Of a DNA stretch of 64,000 bases, positions 36,178 through 46,061 are shown in pieces. The notes beneath the pieces are model-generated. The model was not told the DNA's origin and did no database searches. It worked only from the letters and a program-made list of their open reading frames with translations. Each line of letters opens with the position of its first letter. The first letter of the stretch is position 1. The stretch is from positions 35,012 through 99,011 of the forward strand of contig JBBDMM010000006.1 of assembly GCA_040878325.1 (NCBI GenBank), given 5' to 3'. The stretch is from Acidimicrobiia bacterium. Its GTDB lineage: Bacteria; Actinomycetota; Acidimicrobiia; Spongiisociales; UBA11373. The translations under genes were made by a program, and so were the position numbers.

Positions 36178-38805
36178 TCAGGCTGTTGCGGAGGCTCCGT
36201 CGGTTGCGAGGGCGAAGGCGACGGCCTCGTCGGGGGTCATAGCCCGCCCGGCGCGGTAGGCCTCCGCCAGGTCACCGGTGAACGCTTCCAGCGTCTCCTT
36301 CTCCACGCCCTCGATGCGGGCGGAGTCGATGGATACGAGGTCGACACCGCTCCGCTCCCCCAGCGCCCACGCCGCCCCACCCAGCCGAGCCCCCCGGAGC
36401 TCGTCGCCCTCGAGAACCGACAGCGCGGCAAACGCCAACAAGAAGAAGACCGCCGCCGAGATCTCGCCGGTGCCGTAGAGGATCTCGATACCCCGGGTGA
36501 AGTGGAGTCGCGACTCGGCGTAGTCGCCGAGGCGCCGGTAAATCTCACCCAACTCGAACCGGCCCCAACCCTCTCCAAAGACGTTGCCTACCGCCCGGTA
36601 CAAGTCGATGCACTTCTCCAGGTGGGGGACACCGTCCCTCGGGTCATTCGAGCCGATGAGTGCCATGTTGCCCTTACCCCAATGGACATCGGCGAGACCC
36701 CCTTCGTCGCCCAGCCTGGTGTAGATCGCCATGGCCTCCTCGAGGAACTCATCCCCGCGATCGAAGTCCTGGCGGAAGAACGCCTCCATCAGCCCGGCGT
36801 TGTACAGCGCATTGGCGATCTCCCGGTCGTCACCCATCTCCCGCTGCAGTCGCAGCGCCTCGTCGTAGGCGGCGGTGCACGCGTCGCGGTCGCCTTGCCA
36901 CCAGGTGATCCCCCCCAGGGCCTCGATCGCCTTGGCGCGTCGCCGCGGGTCGCCCCCCGCCATCGCCAATGCCTCGTCGACTCGTCGCCGCGCCTCGTAG
37001 AGGTGCCCCCGGATCTGCCAGTAGCGCCACATCGACCAGGCGAAACGCAGCGCACTATCGGCGTCGCCCGCCGCCACGCAACGGGCCATCGCCGCGCGGA
37101 GGTTGTCGTGGTCGGCGTCGAGCGCCTCGGCCCAAGTCTTCCGGTCGCGCCGGGTGAGCTCCGGGGCAGCGGTCTCGATCAGGTCGAGATATCCGAAAGT
37201 GTGTCGCCGGCCGATCTCCTCTGCCTCGCCGGACTCAGCGAGGCGCTCGGTGGCGTACTCCCGGATCACCTGGAGCATTCGAAACCTCCCTCTGGCCCGG
37301 TCCGCCACAAGAAGACTGCTGTCCACCAGAGTCGATAGGCCGTCGAACAACTCGAGTCCGAGGTCAGGTGCACACACCTTCTCGATCTCCTCCAGCCGGG
37401 CGCCGCCCACGCACACGGACAAGCGGGCGAACAGCCGACGGCATGGGTCGGAGAGGGCTTCTTCGCTCCAGGCGATGGCATTCCACATCGTCTGATGCCG
37501 TTCAGGAGCATCGCGAGGCCCTCCGGTCAGCGACCGGGCGTCGAGCCGTTCGACCAGCGCCTCCACCGAGAGCAGTTTCAGCTTCGAAACGACGAGTTCG
37601 ATCGCCAGCGGCAGGCCGTCGAGACGACGCACCAACTCCACCACCGCGCCGGCGTTTCCGGCCGTGAGGGCGAACCCGGGCTGTACTGCCTGAGCCCTCT
37701 CCACGAACAGATGCACCGATTCGTTCTTCATCAGCGCGTCCACGTCCGAGTCGGGCGACGCCACTTCGAGTGGGGCAATGGCGAGCTCCTGTTCCCCCCG
37801 AACGCGCAGTGGGATGCGCGACGAAACCAGGAATCGTGAGTGGGTCGACGCCGCCGACAGGTCGCCGATCAGCCCCGCACCCTCAACGAGCTGCTCGAAG
37901 TTGTCCAGCACCAGCAGCATTTCCTTGTCCGACATGAATCGGACGAGTTGATCCCGTGGGGGAACCGCGGCGGAGGCAGGGGCCACGCCGAGGGTCGACA
38001 GGATGGTGGGGGCAATCAGGTCTGGGTCGGTCACGGGCGCCAGAGGCACGAAGAAGACCCCGTCCTTGAAACGGTCGGCGGCCTCGGCGGCCACCTGAAT
38101 GGAGAGCCTGGTCTTGCCCGTTCCACCCGGGCCGAGCAAGGTGAGGATGCGGCTCGACTCGAGCGTCCCGAGGGCGGCCGCCACATCGTCCTCTCGCCCA
38201 ACGAAGCTGGTGATCTGCACCGGCAGGTTGTTGGGGATCGCCTCAAGGGTGCGGGGCGGGGGAAACTCGTCGGAAACGCCGGGGATCACCAGTTGGAAAA
38301 GTGCCTCGCGCTCCAGGAGATCCTTGAGGCGATGCTTGCCGAGGTCTCGCAGGCTGGTGTCCTTTGGCAGCAGCCGCTCGCTCAGCGCCGCCGAGGTCTC
38401 CGAGAGGATCACCTGTCCGCCGTGTGCCGCCGCGGCGATCCGGGCCGCCCGATGCACGTCGAGCCCGACATAATCCGACCCCCCCAGGGCACCGATACCG
38501 GTGTGGACCCCGATGCGGATACGGACGGTGCAGCCGCCGGGCCACTCGTGATCCTGAATCGCCCGCTGCGACTCGGCCGCGACCGCGACAGCATCCGCCG
38601 CCGACGCGAACACCACGAAGAACGAGTCCCCCTCGGTACGCACCTCCACTCCCCCAGCGCGATGGACTGCCGTCCGTACCAGCCGGTCGTGGTCGGCGAG
38701 GAGTTCGGGCCAGACCTCACCGAGTTCTTGAACAAGCCTGGTGGACCCCTCCATGTCGGAGAAGAAGAAGGTGACGGTTCCGGTGGGCAGGTCGGCGCGT
38801 GTCAT
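36178..38805 (-). CDS. class III adenylate/guanylate cyclase domain - AAA/STAND ATPase - TPR repeat protein
   Basis: N-terminal CHD (VTFFFSDMEGST ... EGDSFFVVF), P-loop GPGGTGKTRL, C-terminal TPR-like repeats. Confidence 0.8.
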   Translation of the reverse strand: MTRADLPTGTVTFFFSDMEGSTRLVQELGEVWPELLADHDRLVRTAVHRAGGVEVRTEGDSFFVVFASAADAVAVAAESQRAIQDHEWPGGCTVRIRIGVHTGIGALGGSDYVGLDVHRAARIAAAAHGGQVILSETSAALSERLLPKDTSLRDLGKHRLKDLLEREALFQLVIPGVSDEFPPPRTLEAIPNNLPVQITSFVGREDDVAAALGTLESSRILTLLGPGGTGKTRLSIQVAAEAADRFKDGVFFVPLAPVTDPDLIAPTILSTLGVAPASAAVPPRDQLVRFMSDKEMLLVLDNFEQLVEGAGLIGDLSAASTHSRFLVSSRIPLRVRGEQELAIAPLEVASPDSDVDALMKNESVHLFVERAQAVQPGFALTAGNAGAVVELVRRLDGLPLAIELVVSKLKLLSVEALVERLDARSLTGGPRDAPERHQTMWNAIAWSEEALSDPCRRLFARLSVCVGGARLEEIEKVCAPDLGLELFDGLSTLVDSSLLVADRARGRFRMLQVIREYATERLAESGEAEEIGRRHTFGYLDLIETAAPELTRRDRKTWAEALDADHDNLRAAMARCVAAGDADSALRFAWSMWRYWQIRGHLYEARRRVDEALAMAGGDPRRRAKAIEALGGITWWQGDRDACTAAYDEALRLQREMGDDREIANALYNAGLMEAFFRQDFDRGDEFLEEAMAIYTRLGDEGGLADVHWGKGNMALIGSNDPRDGVPHLEKCIDLYRAVGNVFGEGWGRFELGEIYRRLGDYAESRLHFTRGIEILYGTGEISAAVFFLLAFAALSVLEGDELRGARLGGAAWALGERSGVDLVSIDSARIEGVEKETLEAFTGDLAEAYRAGRAMTPDEAVAFALATDGASATA

Positions 38806-38947
38806 CTTTCGGCCCTAGGCTCCCAGAATTCCGGGCCAGGAGCGACCGAAACTACCGGATCGGTCGGCAAGGTGTGCCGTCAATCCGCGGCATTCAACCG
38901 CAGGGGCGATCGCGGGGGTCGCAGCACCCCGGCGTACCATCACTCCG

Positions 38948-39124
38948 ATGGCGAGCACCCCCGAGCTACATCGCTGCGACGATTGCGGTCTCCACTACGA
39001 GGACAAGGGGCTGGCTGCGGCCTGTTACACGCACTGCACCACCCACCACGCGTGCAGTATCGAGATCACCGCCCAATCGGTCGAACGCCGAAGCAGGGCC
39101 AACCCCGACCTCCCACTCCGATAG
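38948..39124 (+). CDS. small Cys-rich hypothetical protein (58 aa)
   Basis: MASTPELHRCDDCGLHYEDKGLAAACYTHCTTHHACSIE... has CxxC...C...C...C spacing. Stop 11 nt before the amidohydrolase ATG. Confidence 0.3.
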   Translation: MASTPELHRCDDCGLHYEDKGLAAACYTHCTTHHACSIEITAQSVERRSRANPDLPLR

Positions 39125-39135
39125 CCTCGACCGCG

Positions 39136-40308
39136 ATGCGCACGCTCTATCGCGACGCCGCGTTCGCCGACGGCCGGTCACCCACCCTGGTACACGGTCA
39201 ATCGGTGCTGGTGGTCGATCACCGCATCGAGTTCCTCGGCCCCGACGGCGAAGCCCCCCACGCCCCGAACGCCAAAATCATCGACGCCGGCGGATCGACG
39301 ATCGTGCCCGGAATGATCGACGCCCACAGTCACATCACCTTGCCCGGAGGCTCGCACTGGATCGAGCGGATCGGCGACGACACCGAACGCCTCCTGGACA
39401 CCGCCGAGCACAACGGCGGCCTGATGGTGCGGTCGGGCACTCGCTGGGCCCGAGACGTCGGGTCACCTCGCCGCATCCATGACCACCGGGAGCGAGCCCT
39501 CGCATTGGCAGTCCGCGATTCCTGGCACGGGCGGCGGGATCGGCCGTACATCAGGGCTGCGGGCACCTGGATCACCAAGGAGGGCGCCCTTCCCCCGGGC
39601 GTCTCCGTCGAGGCGGCCGATGCCGACGCCCTGGTGGCCGCGGTCGAGCGCGAACTCGACGACGGTGCCGACCACGTGAAGCTGTATCTCGACGGCCCCG
39701 ACCTCGACACTCCTCCGTGGACCGCCCACGAGGTGGGGCGGGCGGTCGCCGCGGCCGCGGATCGGGGAGCCACCGCCACCGCCCACGCCACCCAACTGTC
39801 CGGAGCGAGAGCCGGGGTCGAGGGCGGGGTGGCGTGCATCGAGCACGGCACCCGGCTCGATGCCGATCTCGTCAGCCTGATGGCCGCCAAGGGCGCCTTT
39901 GTGGTGCCCACACTCACCGTCCTCGCCTCGTGGCAGACCTTCGGCGCGACCACCCGGATCGAACGGTTCACCGCGGAAGAGTCGGTCGGCCGGATCGCCG
40001 AGCGGAAAGAGGCCGCCTTCGAGAGCGTACGCCTCGCCCGCCAGGCCGGGGTTCGCATCGCCGCAGGCACCGATTTCGGCGGGGGTTCGGCGCGTGCCAA
40101 CCAGATGCCGTGGGAGGTGGCTCAGCTGGTCGAAGCCGGTCTCGAGCCCTGGGAGGCATTGGCGGCCGCGACCTGGGTGGGCGGTGAGCTGCTGGGCGAG
40201 CCTGACGCCGGTGTCGTCAGGCAGGACGGCCCGGCCGACTTCTTCCTGGTCCATGGAAACCCGTTGGACGACCCTGCTGCCCTGTGGCGGGTGTGGCGAG
40301 TCGCCTGA
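39136..40308 (+). CDS. metal-dependent amidohydrolase family protein
   Basis: GMIDAHSHITLPGG metal-binding motif. C-terminal HG..D pattern. The ORF-track entry 37840-40308 is an artefactual 5' extension. Confidence 0.8.
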   Translation: MRTLYRDAAFADGRSPTLVHGQSVLVVDHRIEFLGPDGEAPHAPNAKIIDAGGSTIVPGMIDAHSHITLPGGSHWIERIGDDTERLLDTAEHNGGLMVRSGTRWARDVGSPRRIHDHRERALALAVRDSWHGRRDRPYIRAAGTWITKEGALPPGVSVEAADADALVAAVERELDDGADHVKLYLDGPDLDTPPWTAHEVGRAVAAAADRGATATAHATQLSGARAGVEGGVACIEHGTRLDADLVSLMAAKGAFVVPTLTVLASWQTFGATTRIERFTAEESVGRIAERKEAAFESVRLARQAGVRIAAGTDFGGGSARANQMPWEVAQLVEAGLEPWEALAAATWVGGELLGEPDAGVVRQDGPADFFLVHGNPLDDPAALWRVWRVA

Positions 40309-40317
40309 GGCGAACGG

Positions 40318-40623
40318 TCACGCCACCGGCATCTGGATCTCGGTGACGAAATCCGCATCACGCGATGCCAGGTAGGCCTCGGGCAGCGCCAACTCGGGCT
40401 CCGCCCCGAAGCGGAGGTAGATCATTCGCATCGGTCCCTCGACTTCGGCGCCCGATGTCGTGACCCACCGCTGGAGTCCGTCGACCACCGGTTGCATCTC
40501 CTCGTAACGACCGTGGTGGATCGCGGAAGCGAAGCGGCCTCCGGGCAGCCGACGGGTCGCCACCCTGCCCGAAGTCACGGTCCCGGTGACCGGAACGAAC
40601 ACCTCGACCGACCCATCCCCCAA
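40318..40623 (-). CDS. GyrI-like small-molecule-binding domain protein
   Basis: 101 aa. Pattern resembles the effector-binding half of AraC/GyrI-like domains. Confidence 0.45.
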   Translation of the reverse strand: MGDGSVEVFVPVTGTVTSGRVATRRLPGGRFASAIHHGRYEEMQPVVDGLQRWVTTSGAEVEGPMRMIYLRFGAEPELALPEAYLASRDADFVTEIQMPVA

Positions 40624-40706
40624 CGCCAGCGACCCTGGCGGCCAGCCTGCCCGCAGGATGATGAACCTTCCCCTAACGGTAAGGTGGAGGTCAAGCCCCC
40701 TGCCTC

Positions 40707-41360
40707 TTACACGGGAGGCCGACGCGTCTGCTGGCGCTTCTGCGCGAGAAGAGCCGCCTGCAACCGGGTTCGAACCTGGAGTTTCTGGAGGACGTTCGTC
40801 ATGTAATGCTTGACGGTCTTCTCGGCGATGAACAGACGCTCACCGATCTCTCGATTTGTCAGGCCTTCGGCGAGCAGCTCGAGTATTTCCTGTTCGCGGG
40901 TCGTCAGCTGGTCCATCGGATCGTCGGCATCGTGGTGAGTCATGTCGTAGAGCATGGCCCCGGCGAGTGCTGGCGATACGTAGGCGTCCCCACCCGCCAC
41001 GATCCGGACGGCGTACACCAAGCCAAGGGCCGACGCACCTTTCAGCACATATCCCCGGGCCCCGCTCGCCAGCGCATTCATGAGATCGGCAGGGTCCTCG
41101 GAGACCGTGAGCACGAGGATCTGGATGGCGGGACAGGCTCGAGCGATCTCCCTGATCGCCACGAGCCCACCCCCGCCAGGCATCCCGAGGTCGATTACGA
41201 CGAGATCCGGGAGCTCCGCGACCGCCAGCCGAAGCGCCTCTTCACCGGTTCCGGCTTCTCCAATGACGGTGAGGTCCGGTTCGGCGGAGAGGACTTGGAC
41301 AACACCCTGGCGGAACAGCGGATGGTCGTCGGCGACGAGGACCCGGATCGAGTCAGGCAT
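40707..41360 (-). CDS. LuxR/NarL family response regulator
   Basis: Receiver domain IRVLVADDHPLFRQG...D; C-terminal HTH LTTREQEILELLAEGLTNREIGERLFIAEKTVKHY. Confidence 0.85.
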   Translation of the reverse strand: MPDSIRVLVADDHPLFRQGVVQVLSAEPDLTVIGEAGTGEEALRLAVAELPDLVVIDLGMPGGGGLVAIREIARACPAIQILVLTVSEDPADLMNALASGARGYVLKGASALGLVYAVRIVAGGDAYVSPALAGAMLYDMTHHDADDPMDQLTTREQEILELLAEGLTNREIGERLFIAEKTVKHYMTNVLQKLQVRTRLQAALLAQKRQQTRRPPV

Positions 41361-42738
41361 CCGTCGGGCCCTCCGCCGGAATCGGGAGGTGCACCGTGAT
41401 CCGGGTTCCGGCTCCACTGCCACTGTCGACCTCGAACGTTCCCCCGAGCATTTCGATCCGCTCCCGCATCCCGGCGAGGCCGAGGGACCCCTGCTCGATC
41501 GCGGTGGTCACGTCGAAGCCGGGACCCGCGTCGGTCACCGTAATTGCGATCGATCCGGTGAGGCCCTCAAGACGCACCGTCGCCGACGCCCCCCCGGCAT
41601 GCCGGTAACTGTTTGCCAGAGCCTCATGGAGGACCCGGTAGAGCGTGATCTTGATGGACCCCGGCGCGTCGTCCGGAAGCTCACGACATTCGAGGTTCGG
41701 GGTCACACCGGTGAGGCGGCCGAAGTCCTCGACCACCCTCCGTGCGATCTCCTCGGTCGACAGGTCGTCGATCGCAGGGAGCCGCAATCCGCGGGCGATG
41801 CCCCGAAGGTCGGTCAGTGCTGAATCAAGGGCGATTCGAACCGCACCGAGTTCCTCGTGACGATTGCTCGAGCCTGCAGCGTCACCCTCGGTCGTGACCG
41901 ACTCCATCCGAAGAAGAGCCAGGGCGATGTCCTGAGCTGGTCCGTCATGGAGGTCCGCCGAAATGCGATGGAGGTACCGCTCGTTGAGGGCCGTGGTCCT
42001 TTCGGCAGCTCGGCGAGTGCGCTCGTGGAGGCGCCGGTTCTCGTCGAGGGTCTCGCTGAGTTCTGTGACGTTGCGCTGTAGTTTTGATCGCTGCGCGGTG
42101 ATCGTGCTACTCGCCCTCCGGACGATGCCGGCGAGCATGAGATACATCACGATCGTCGCGATGCCGACGATCGCCCAGCTCGTGGACTGCGCACTGCGAA
42201 TGTCGCGCAGCAACTCGTCGGGCAGCTGGTAGAACTCAGCCACCGCCACCACCCGCCCGCTGCCTTCGACCCGAACGGGGGCGTACGTTTCGATCAGCCG
42301 ATCCCACCTACCCCGCTCGTACTCGTTCTCGGGATCGGCCAGATCGGTCAAGTGCGACACAACTTCACCGTCGGCCGCACGGGCGAGGCCGTCGGACAGC
42401 TCGAAGCGTTGTCCAATCAATTCCGGAGCGACGCTGTAGGCGATCGTTCCGTCGAGGAGCCACACCTTGAACGAGACGATCTGCCTGCCCAGCGGTGTCC
42501 CGCTGAGCAGGCGATCCAACGCAGTACGCATGTCGGCCGTCACCTCGCCCACCCGATCGAGGTCCTGCAGCACCGGCGAAACGAAACTGTCCACATAGAG
42601 CGCGGTGACGCCGGCGGTACGACCGATGACGGCCCGCTTGACCTCGGCCTGGATCCAGATGCCGATCGTCAGCATGCCGGCCACGAGAATGACGAGGCTG
42701 AAAACGAAGAATTGGCGGGCGAAGCTCAGCTCGCTCAT
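41353..42738 (-). CDS. sensor histidine kinase (HisKA_3/NarX-like family); start uncertain (42738 or 42876)
   Basis: H-box LHRISADLHDGPAQ. HATPase_c at the C-terminus. Two TM segments flank a periplasmic domain. 8-nt overlap with the RR gene. Confidence 0.8.
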   Translation of the reverse strand: MSELSFARQFFVFSLVILVAGMLTIGIWIQAEVKRAVIGRTAGVTALYVDSFVSPVLQDLDRVGEVTADMRTALDRLLSGTPLGRQIVSFKVWLLDGTIAYSVAPELIGQRFELSDGLARAADGEVVSHLTDLADPENEYERGRWDRLIETYAPVRVEGSGRVVAVAEFYQLPDELLRDIRSAQSTSWAIVGIATIVMYLMLAGIVRRASSTITAQRSKLQRNVTELSETLDENRRLHERTRRAAERTTALNERYLHRISADLHDGPAQDIALALLRMESVTTEGDAAGSSNRHEELGAVRIALDSALTDLRGIARGLRLPAIDDLSTEEIARRVVEDFGRLTGVTPNLECRELPDDAPGSIKITLYRVLHEALANSYRHAGGASATVRLEGLTGSIAITVTDAGPGFDVTTAIEQGSLGLAGMRERIEMLGGTFEVDSGSGAGTRITVHLPIPAEGPTDA

Positions 42739-43035
42739 CCGGGCCGGCCGCGCCTTCGACAAGGCAACCTGAGGATCCTCGGCGAACGGGCGAGCAAGGC
42801 TCAATGGAATGGCCGTGACTCCCGGCCAACGAAGGCGAACTGTGGCATTGGGGCGCCTCCCGGCATCGACGGTCATCCTATCGGTAGGGCCGGTCGAACG
42901 GCTCGGACCTTGGTCTGATTCCTCTACGCCCTCGGTACCGTCGCGTCGCGACCCCGGTCCGTGGTCTCGCTCCCTCTCTCGCCATAGGTTGAGCAAGGCA
43001 AAGGAGAACGCTCTGACGACGGAAGGGTTCAAGAC

Positions 43036-43536
43036 ATGTCACGGAAACGCTGGTCGGCGATAGCGATAGTGCTCGCGATGGTTGCGGCGGCGTGCGGGGG
43101 TGACGCCGTAGCGACCGACCCGGGCGAGGTCACTTTCGACATCGAACTTATCGAGATCAAGGGCGGCACCGACGGGATTGACCCACCGGATGTGGACCCC
43201 GCTTCGATCTCGTTGGGATACCGCTACAAGGCCCCGGGAACCGTCGACCCCGCAAACCCTGCCAAGTGGGAGGTGTCGACCTACCTGTTCAGCCCGGGAG
43301 CCATGTCGGTCGTCGAGGGCGAATCGGTGACGCTCCGAATGTTCGGCGTCAACGGTGACGAGCACGATGTCTGGGTACAAGCACCCGACGGCACTGTCTC
43401 GGTCGAGGCGTTCACCGTCAACCGTGGCAGGGAGTACTCGGTCACCTTCGAAGCCAGCCAGGCGGGGCACTACAAGTTGTGGTGCACCACGCACGGCCCG
43501 ACGATGACGGCCGACATCCTGTCCGTCGGAGGTTGA
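43036..43536 (+). CDS. cupredoxin-like (type-1 copper) lipoprotein
   Basis: Lipobox LAMVAAACGG. C-terminal HYKLWCTTHGPTM gives a Cys-x2-His-x3-Met copper ligand arrangement plus an upstream His. Confidence 0.6.
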   Translation: MSRKRWSAIAIVLAMVAAACGGDAVATDPGEVTFDIELIEIKGGTDGIDPPDVDPASISLGYRYKAPGTVDPANPAKWEVSTYLFSPGAMSVVEGESVTLRMFGVNGDEHDVWVQAPDGTVSVEAFTVNRGREYSVTFEASQAGHYKLWCTTHGPTMTADILSVGG

Positions 43537-43551
43537 GCTCGCCAGGGTGAG

Positions 43552-43595
43552 CCGGGAAGAGGAGGCGGCCGTGCCGGCCGGCCGCCTCCTCTTGG
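43552..43595 (+). terminator. long GC hairpin terminator after the cupredoxin gene
   Basis: aagaggaggcggcc ... ggccgcctcctctt: 14-bp perfect stem. Confidence 0.6.
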
Positions 43596-43713
43596 AACCC
43601 TCAATGCCCCGGGCGTGGGCGGCGGTCGCCGGACCGGCTCGGCCATGGATCTCCGCGATGGCCGCACCGGGCAGTTCAGTAGGCGGCGGCACCTGCCCCG
43701 CTCGCCACTCGAC

Positions 43714-44187
43714 CTAGACGCCCGGCTTGACCACCATCGCCAGCACCACTGCGAATAGCACCAGTAGTTCGAGGTTGCCCGCAAGTCTGACCTTCGCGCG
43801 CGCAGCAGCCGCCGCCGGGGAATCGAAGCCGTCCGATTCGATCGCTGCCACCAGCCGCTTGGTCGCAGGGTCGGCAACGGCACCGTTCATCGCCCCCGAG
43901 AAGCCAATTCCGACGAAGCCCAGGATGATGAATAGGTCGGAGAAGTCGAATGTCGGGGTGTCGAACACCATGGCGACCCCGAAGGCCAGGGTCACCAGCA
44001 CCGCCGGGCCGAACACCTTCGCGCTCAAAGCCTTGTTCTGGGTGCCGATCGCACGGATCGCGTCGGCCTCTTTGGCCTTGGTCAAACCGCGCCACAAGAC
44101 GGTGAGGCCGACACCGGCGCCCAGCCACACAATGGCGCCGGCCACATGCATGAACTTGAAGAACTCGTAGCGGGTCACAGTCTCCAT
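43714..44187 (-). CDS. DUF2269-like integral membrane protein
   Basis: Four TM helices. N-terminal METVTRYEFFKFMHVAGAIVWLG. Confidence 0.5.
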   Translation of the reverse strand: METVTRYEFFKFMHVAGAIVWLGAGVGLTVLWRGLTKAKEADAIRAIGTQNKALSAKVFGPAVLVTLAFGVAMVFDTPTFDFSDLFIILGFVGIGFSGAMNGAVADPATKRLVAAIESDGFDSPAAAAARAKVRLAGNLELLVLFAVVLAMVVKPGV

Positions 44188-44259
44188 CCCCTCGTCGATC
44201 CGACGGCACGCTAGTTGGCGGGAGTCGCGGTGTCAGCGAACCTCCCTGCGGGGATTCAA

Positions 44260-44460
44260 CGGCTCAGGATCAACCGAGCGATGGGGAGCACGAGCTCGAC
44301 CCATTCCCCGTACATCGCCGCCGATGGATGGAGCCCATCGGCGGCGACGAGGGAGAGATCGGCAGCGGCACGCCGAGAGATCGGGGTGATGTCGAAGAAG
44401 TGGGCCGATCACCCGTAGTGTTCACCCATGTCGTTGCCTCCGGCGGAGACGGCGAGAGTC
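44260..44460 (-). pseudogene. degraded remnant of an SGNH/GDSL hydrolase paralog
   Basis: Two frames give TLAVSAGGNDMGEHYG and FDITPISRRAAADLSLVAADGLHPSAAMYGEWVELVLPIARLILSR*. These match LQIGVNDQFRGYG and VDVTPISRR...GDGLHPSAAMYALWVELVLPVALEIVG of the intact gene at 47477-48139, with about 70 codons missing between them. Confidence 0.55.
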
Positions 44461-44524
44461 GCGCGTGGTCGGGGGTGTCGAGGCACCGGCTTCCCATCAA
44501 CGGGAGCGGTCGCGAGCCCCCTGG

Positions 44525-45838
44525 TCAGCCCACGATGAGCAGATGTGCTGTGAACCCGGCGAGCGCCGACGCGGCCAACGTCCGCGTCACCGACCACTTC
44601 AGCCGGAACACCGCGTAGAGCCCGGCCAGCGCGAGGACCGCGGCGGCGATATCGAAGGTCGCCAATTCGGGCCTGTATAGGCGCAACCCCAGACCGTGCC
44701 GCAACTCGTCCACGGTCCCGAAGACGACGTGCAGGGCGAACCAGACTGCCAAATTGAGCATCACTCCAACGACCGCGGCCGTGATGGTGCTGAGCGCCGC
44801 ATTGATCGGCCGGTTGCCCCTGAGCCGCTCGATGTATGGCGCACCCAGGAAGATCCACAGGAAGCAAGGGACGAAGGTGACCCAGGTGGTGAGCAGGGCG
44901 CCCAGCACTCCGGCCAACATCGGGTCGATCCCGAGGTCCGCCCGGTAGGCGCCCATGAAGCCTACGAACTGGACCACCTGGATCAGCGGTCCCGGCGTGG
45001 TCTCGGCCATCCCCAGCCCATCGACCATCTCGCCAGGAAGCAGCCACTGATACGCCTCCACCGCCTGCTGGGCGATGTACGCCAGCACCGCGTAGGCCCC
45101 TCCGAAGGTGACCACCGCGGCGTTGGAGAAGAACAGGCCCTGCTGTGACCAGATGCTGTCTCGACCGGTCCACAGGATCAGGATCGCCACGGGGGTGAGC
45201 CAGAGGAGGAGGCCGATCGCCGCCGTCTTGAGAGTTCGAGCGATCCTCGGTCTGGCTGGAGCGGCATCCGAGACCCGGGCCGGGGCCTGGCCCGTGCCCT
45301 CGACAAGCTGGCCGGTGTCGAGGTCGAAGGGTCGCAGGTTGAGCCGGCCGCCCAGGTGTCCGAGCAAGCCCGCGACGAGGATGATCACGGGAAAGGGGAT
45401 GTCGAAGAAGAAGATGCTGACGAACGCCGCGGCGGCGACTCCATACATCAGCCGGTTCTGGAGTGCCCGCGATGAGATCCGCACGAGCGCCCCGGCGACG
45501 ATGGCGATCACCGCCGGCTTGATGCCGTAGAAGACCGCCTCCACCCAGGCGGTGTCCCCGAACCCGGCATAGAGGACGCTGAGCGCGAGGATCGCCACGA
45601 ACCCGGGAAGGATGAAGAGGACCCCGGCCACCAGCCCGCCCCTGGTTCCGTGGAGGGTCCACCCCAGGTAGGTGGCCAGCTGCTGGGCCTCCGGACCGGG
45701 AAGCAGCATGCAGTAGTTGAGCGAGTGGAGGAATCGCCGTTCGGAGAACCATTGCCGCTCCTCGACCAGGAGGCGGTGCATCACGGCGATCTGGCCAATG
45801 GGCCCACCGAAGCTGTTGAGGGCGACAGATACCCACAC
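44525..45838 (-). CDS. chrA: chromate transporter ChrA (CHR family, duplicated-domain long form)
   Basis: 437 aa, about 12 TM, two homologous halves, ChrA N-terminal pattern SFGGPIGQIAVMHRLLVE. Confidence 0.8.
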   Translation of the reverse strand: MWVSVALNSFGGPIGQIAVMHRLLVEERQWFSERRFLHSLNYCMLLPGPEAQQLATYLGWTLHGTRGGLVAGVLFILPGFVAILALSVLYAGFGDTAWVEAVFYGIKPAVIAIVAGALVRISSRALQNRLMYGVAAAAFVSIFFFDIPFPVIILVAGLLGHLGGRLNLRPFDLDTGQLVEGTGQAPARVSDAAPARPRIARTLKTAAIGLLLWLTPVAILILWTGRDSIWSQQGLFFSNAAVVTFGGAYAVLAYIAQQAVEAYQWLLPGEMVDGLGMAETTPGPLIQVVQFVGFMGAYRADLGIDPMLAGVLGALLTTWVTFVPCFLWIFLGAPYIERLRGNRPINAALSTITAAVVGVMLNLAVWFALHVVFGTVDELRHGLGLRLYRPELATFDIAAAVLALAGLYAVFRLKWSVTRTLAASALAGFTAHLLIVG

Positions 45839-46061
45839 CCGGGTGGCCTCGCCGAAGCCTATCCCGTGGCTCGAATCACCCTCGTGCAGGCCGCTGCCGT
45901 CGTTTGCCGCGATCGCGCCAAGCTACCGCAGGCCGGAAGACCCGGGCGGAGGGGGGATGCTTAGGCATTCGACTTGGCCGGTGGGTACCACTTGCGAACA
46001 CTTGTTCGGAGGCGTATCGTCTCCGCTCTTCCCCATGAGTCGGCCCCGGAAGGAAGGCCTC

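Noticed and set aside
37840-39135. 5' extension (432 codons) of the amidohydrolase ORF and ORFs 36154-37338 (+) and 38799-39482 (+)
   Set aside because: They are antisense to the adenylyl-cyclase/ATPase/TPR gene or run through an intergenic gap. R/G/P-rich. The amidohydrolase has a clean ATG at 39136 where homology begins.
44409-45836. 475-aa ORF overlapping chrA in another frame
   Set aside because: Gly/Arg/Pro-rich and completely overlapped by the bona fide 12-TM ChrA frame. Only its last about 15 codons are meaningful, as part of the SGNH remnant.
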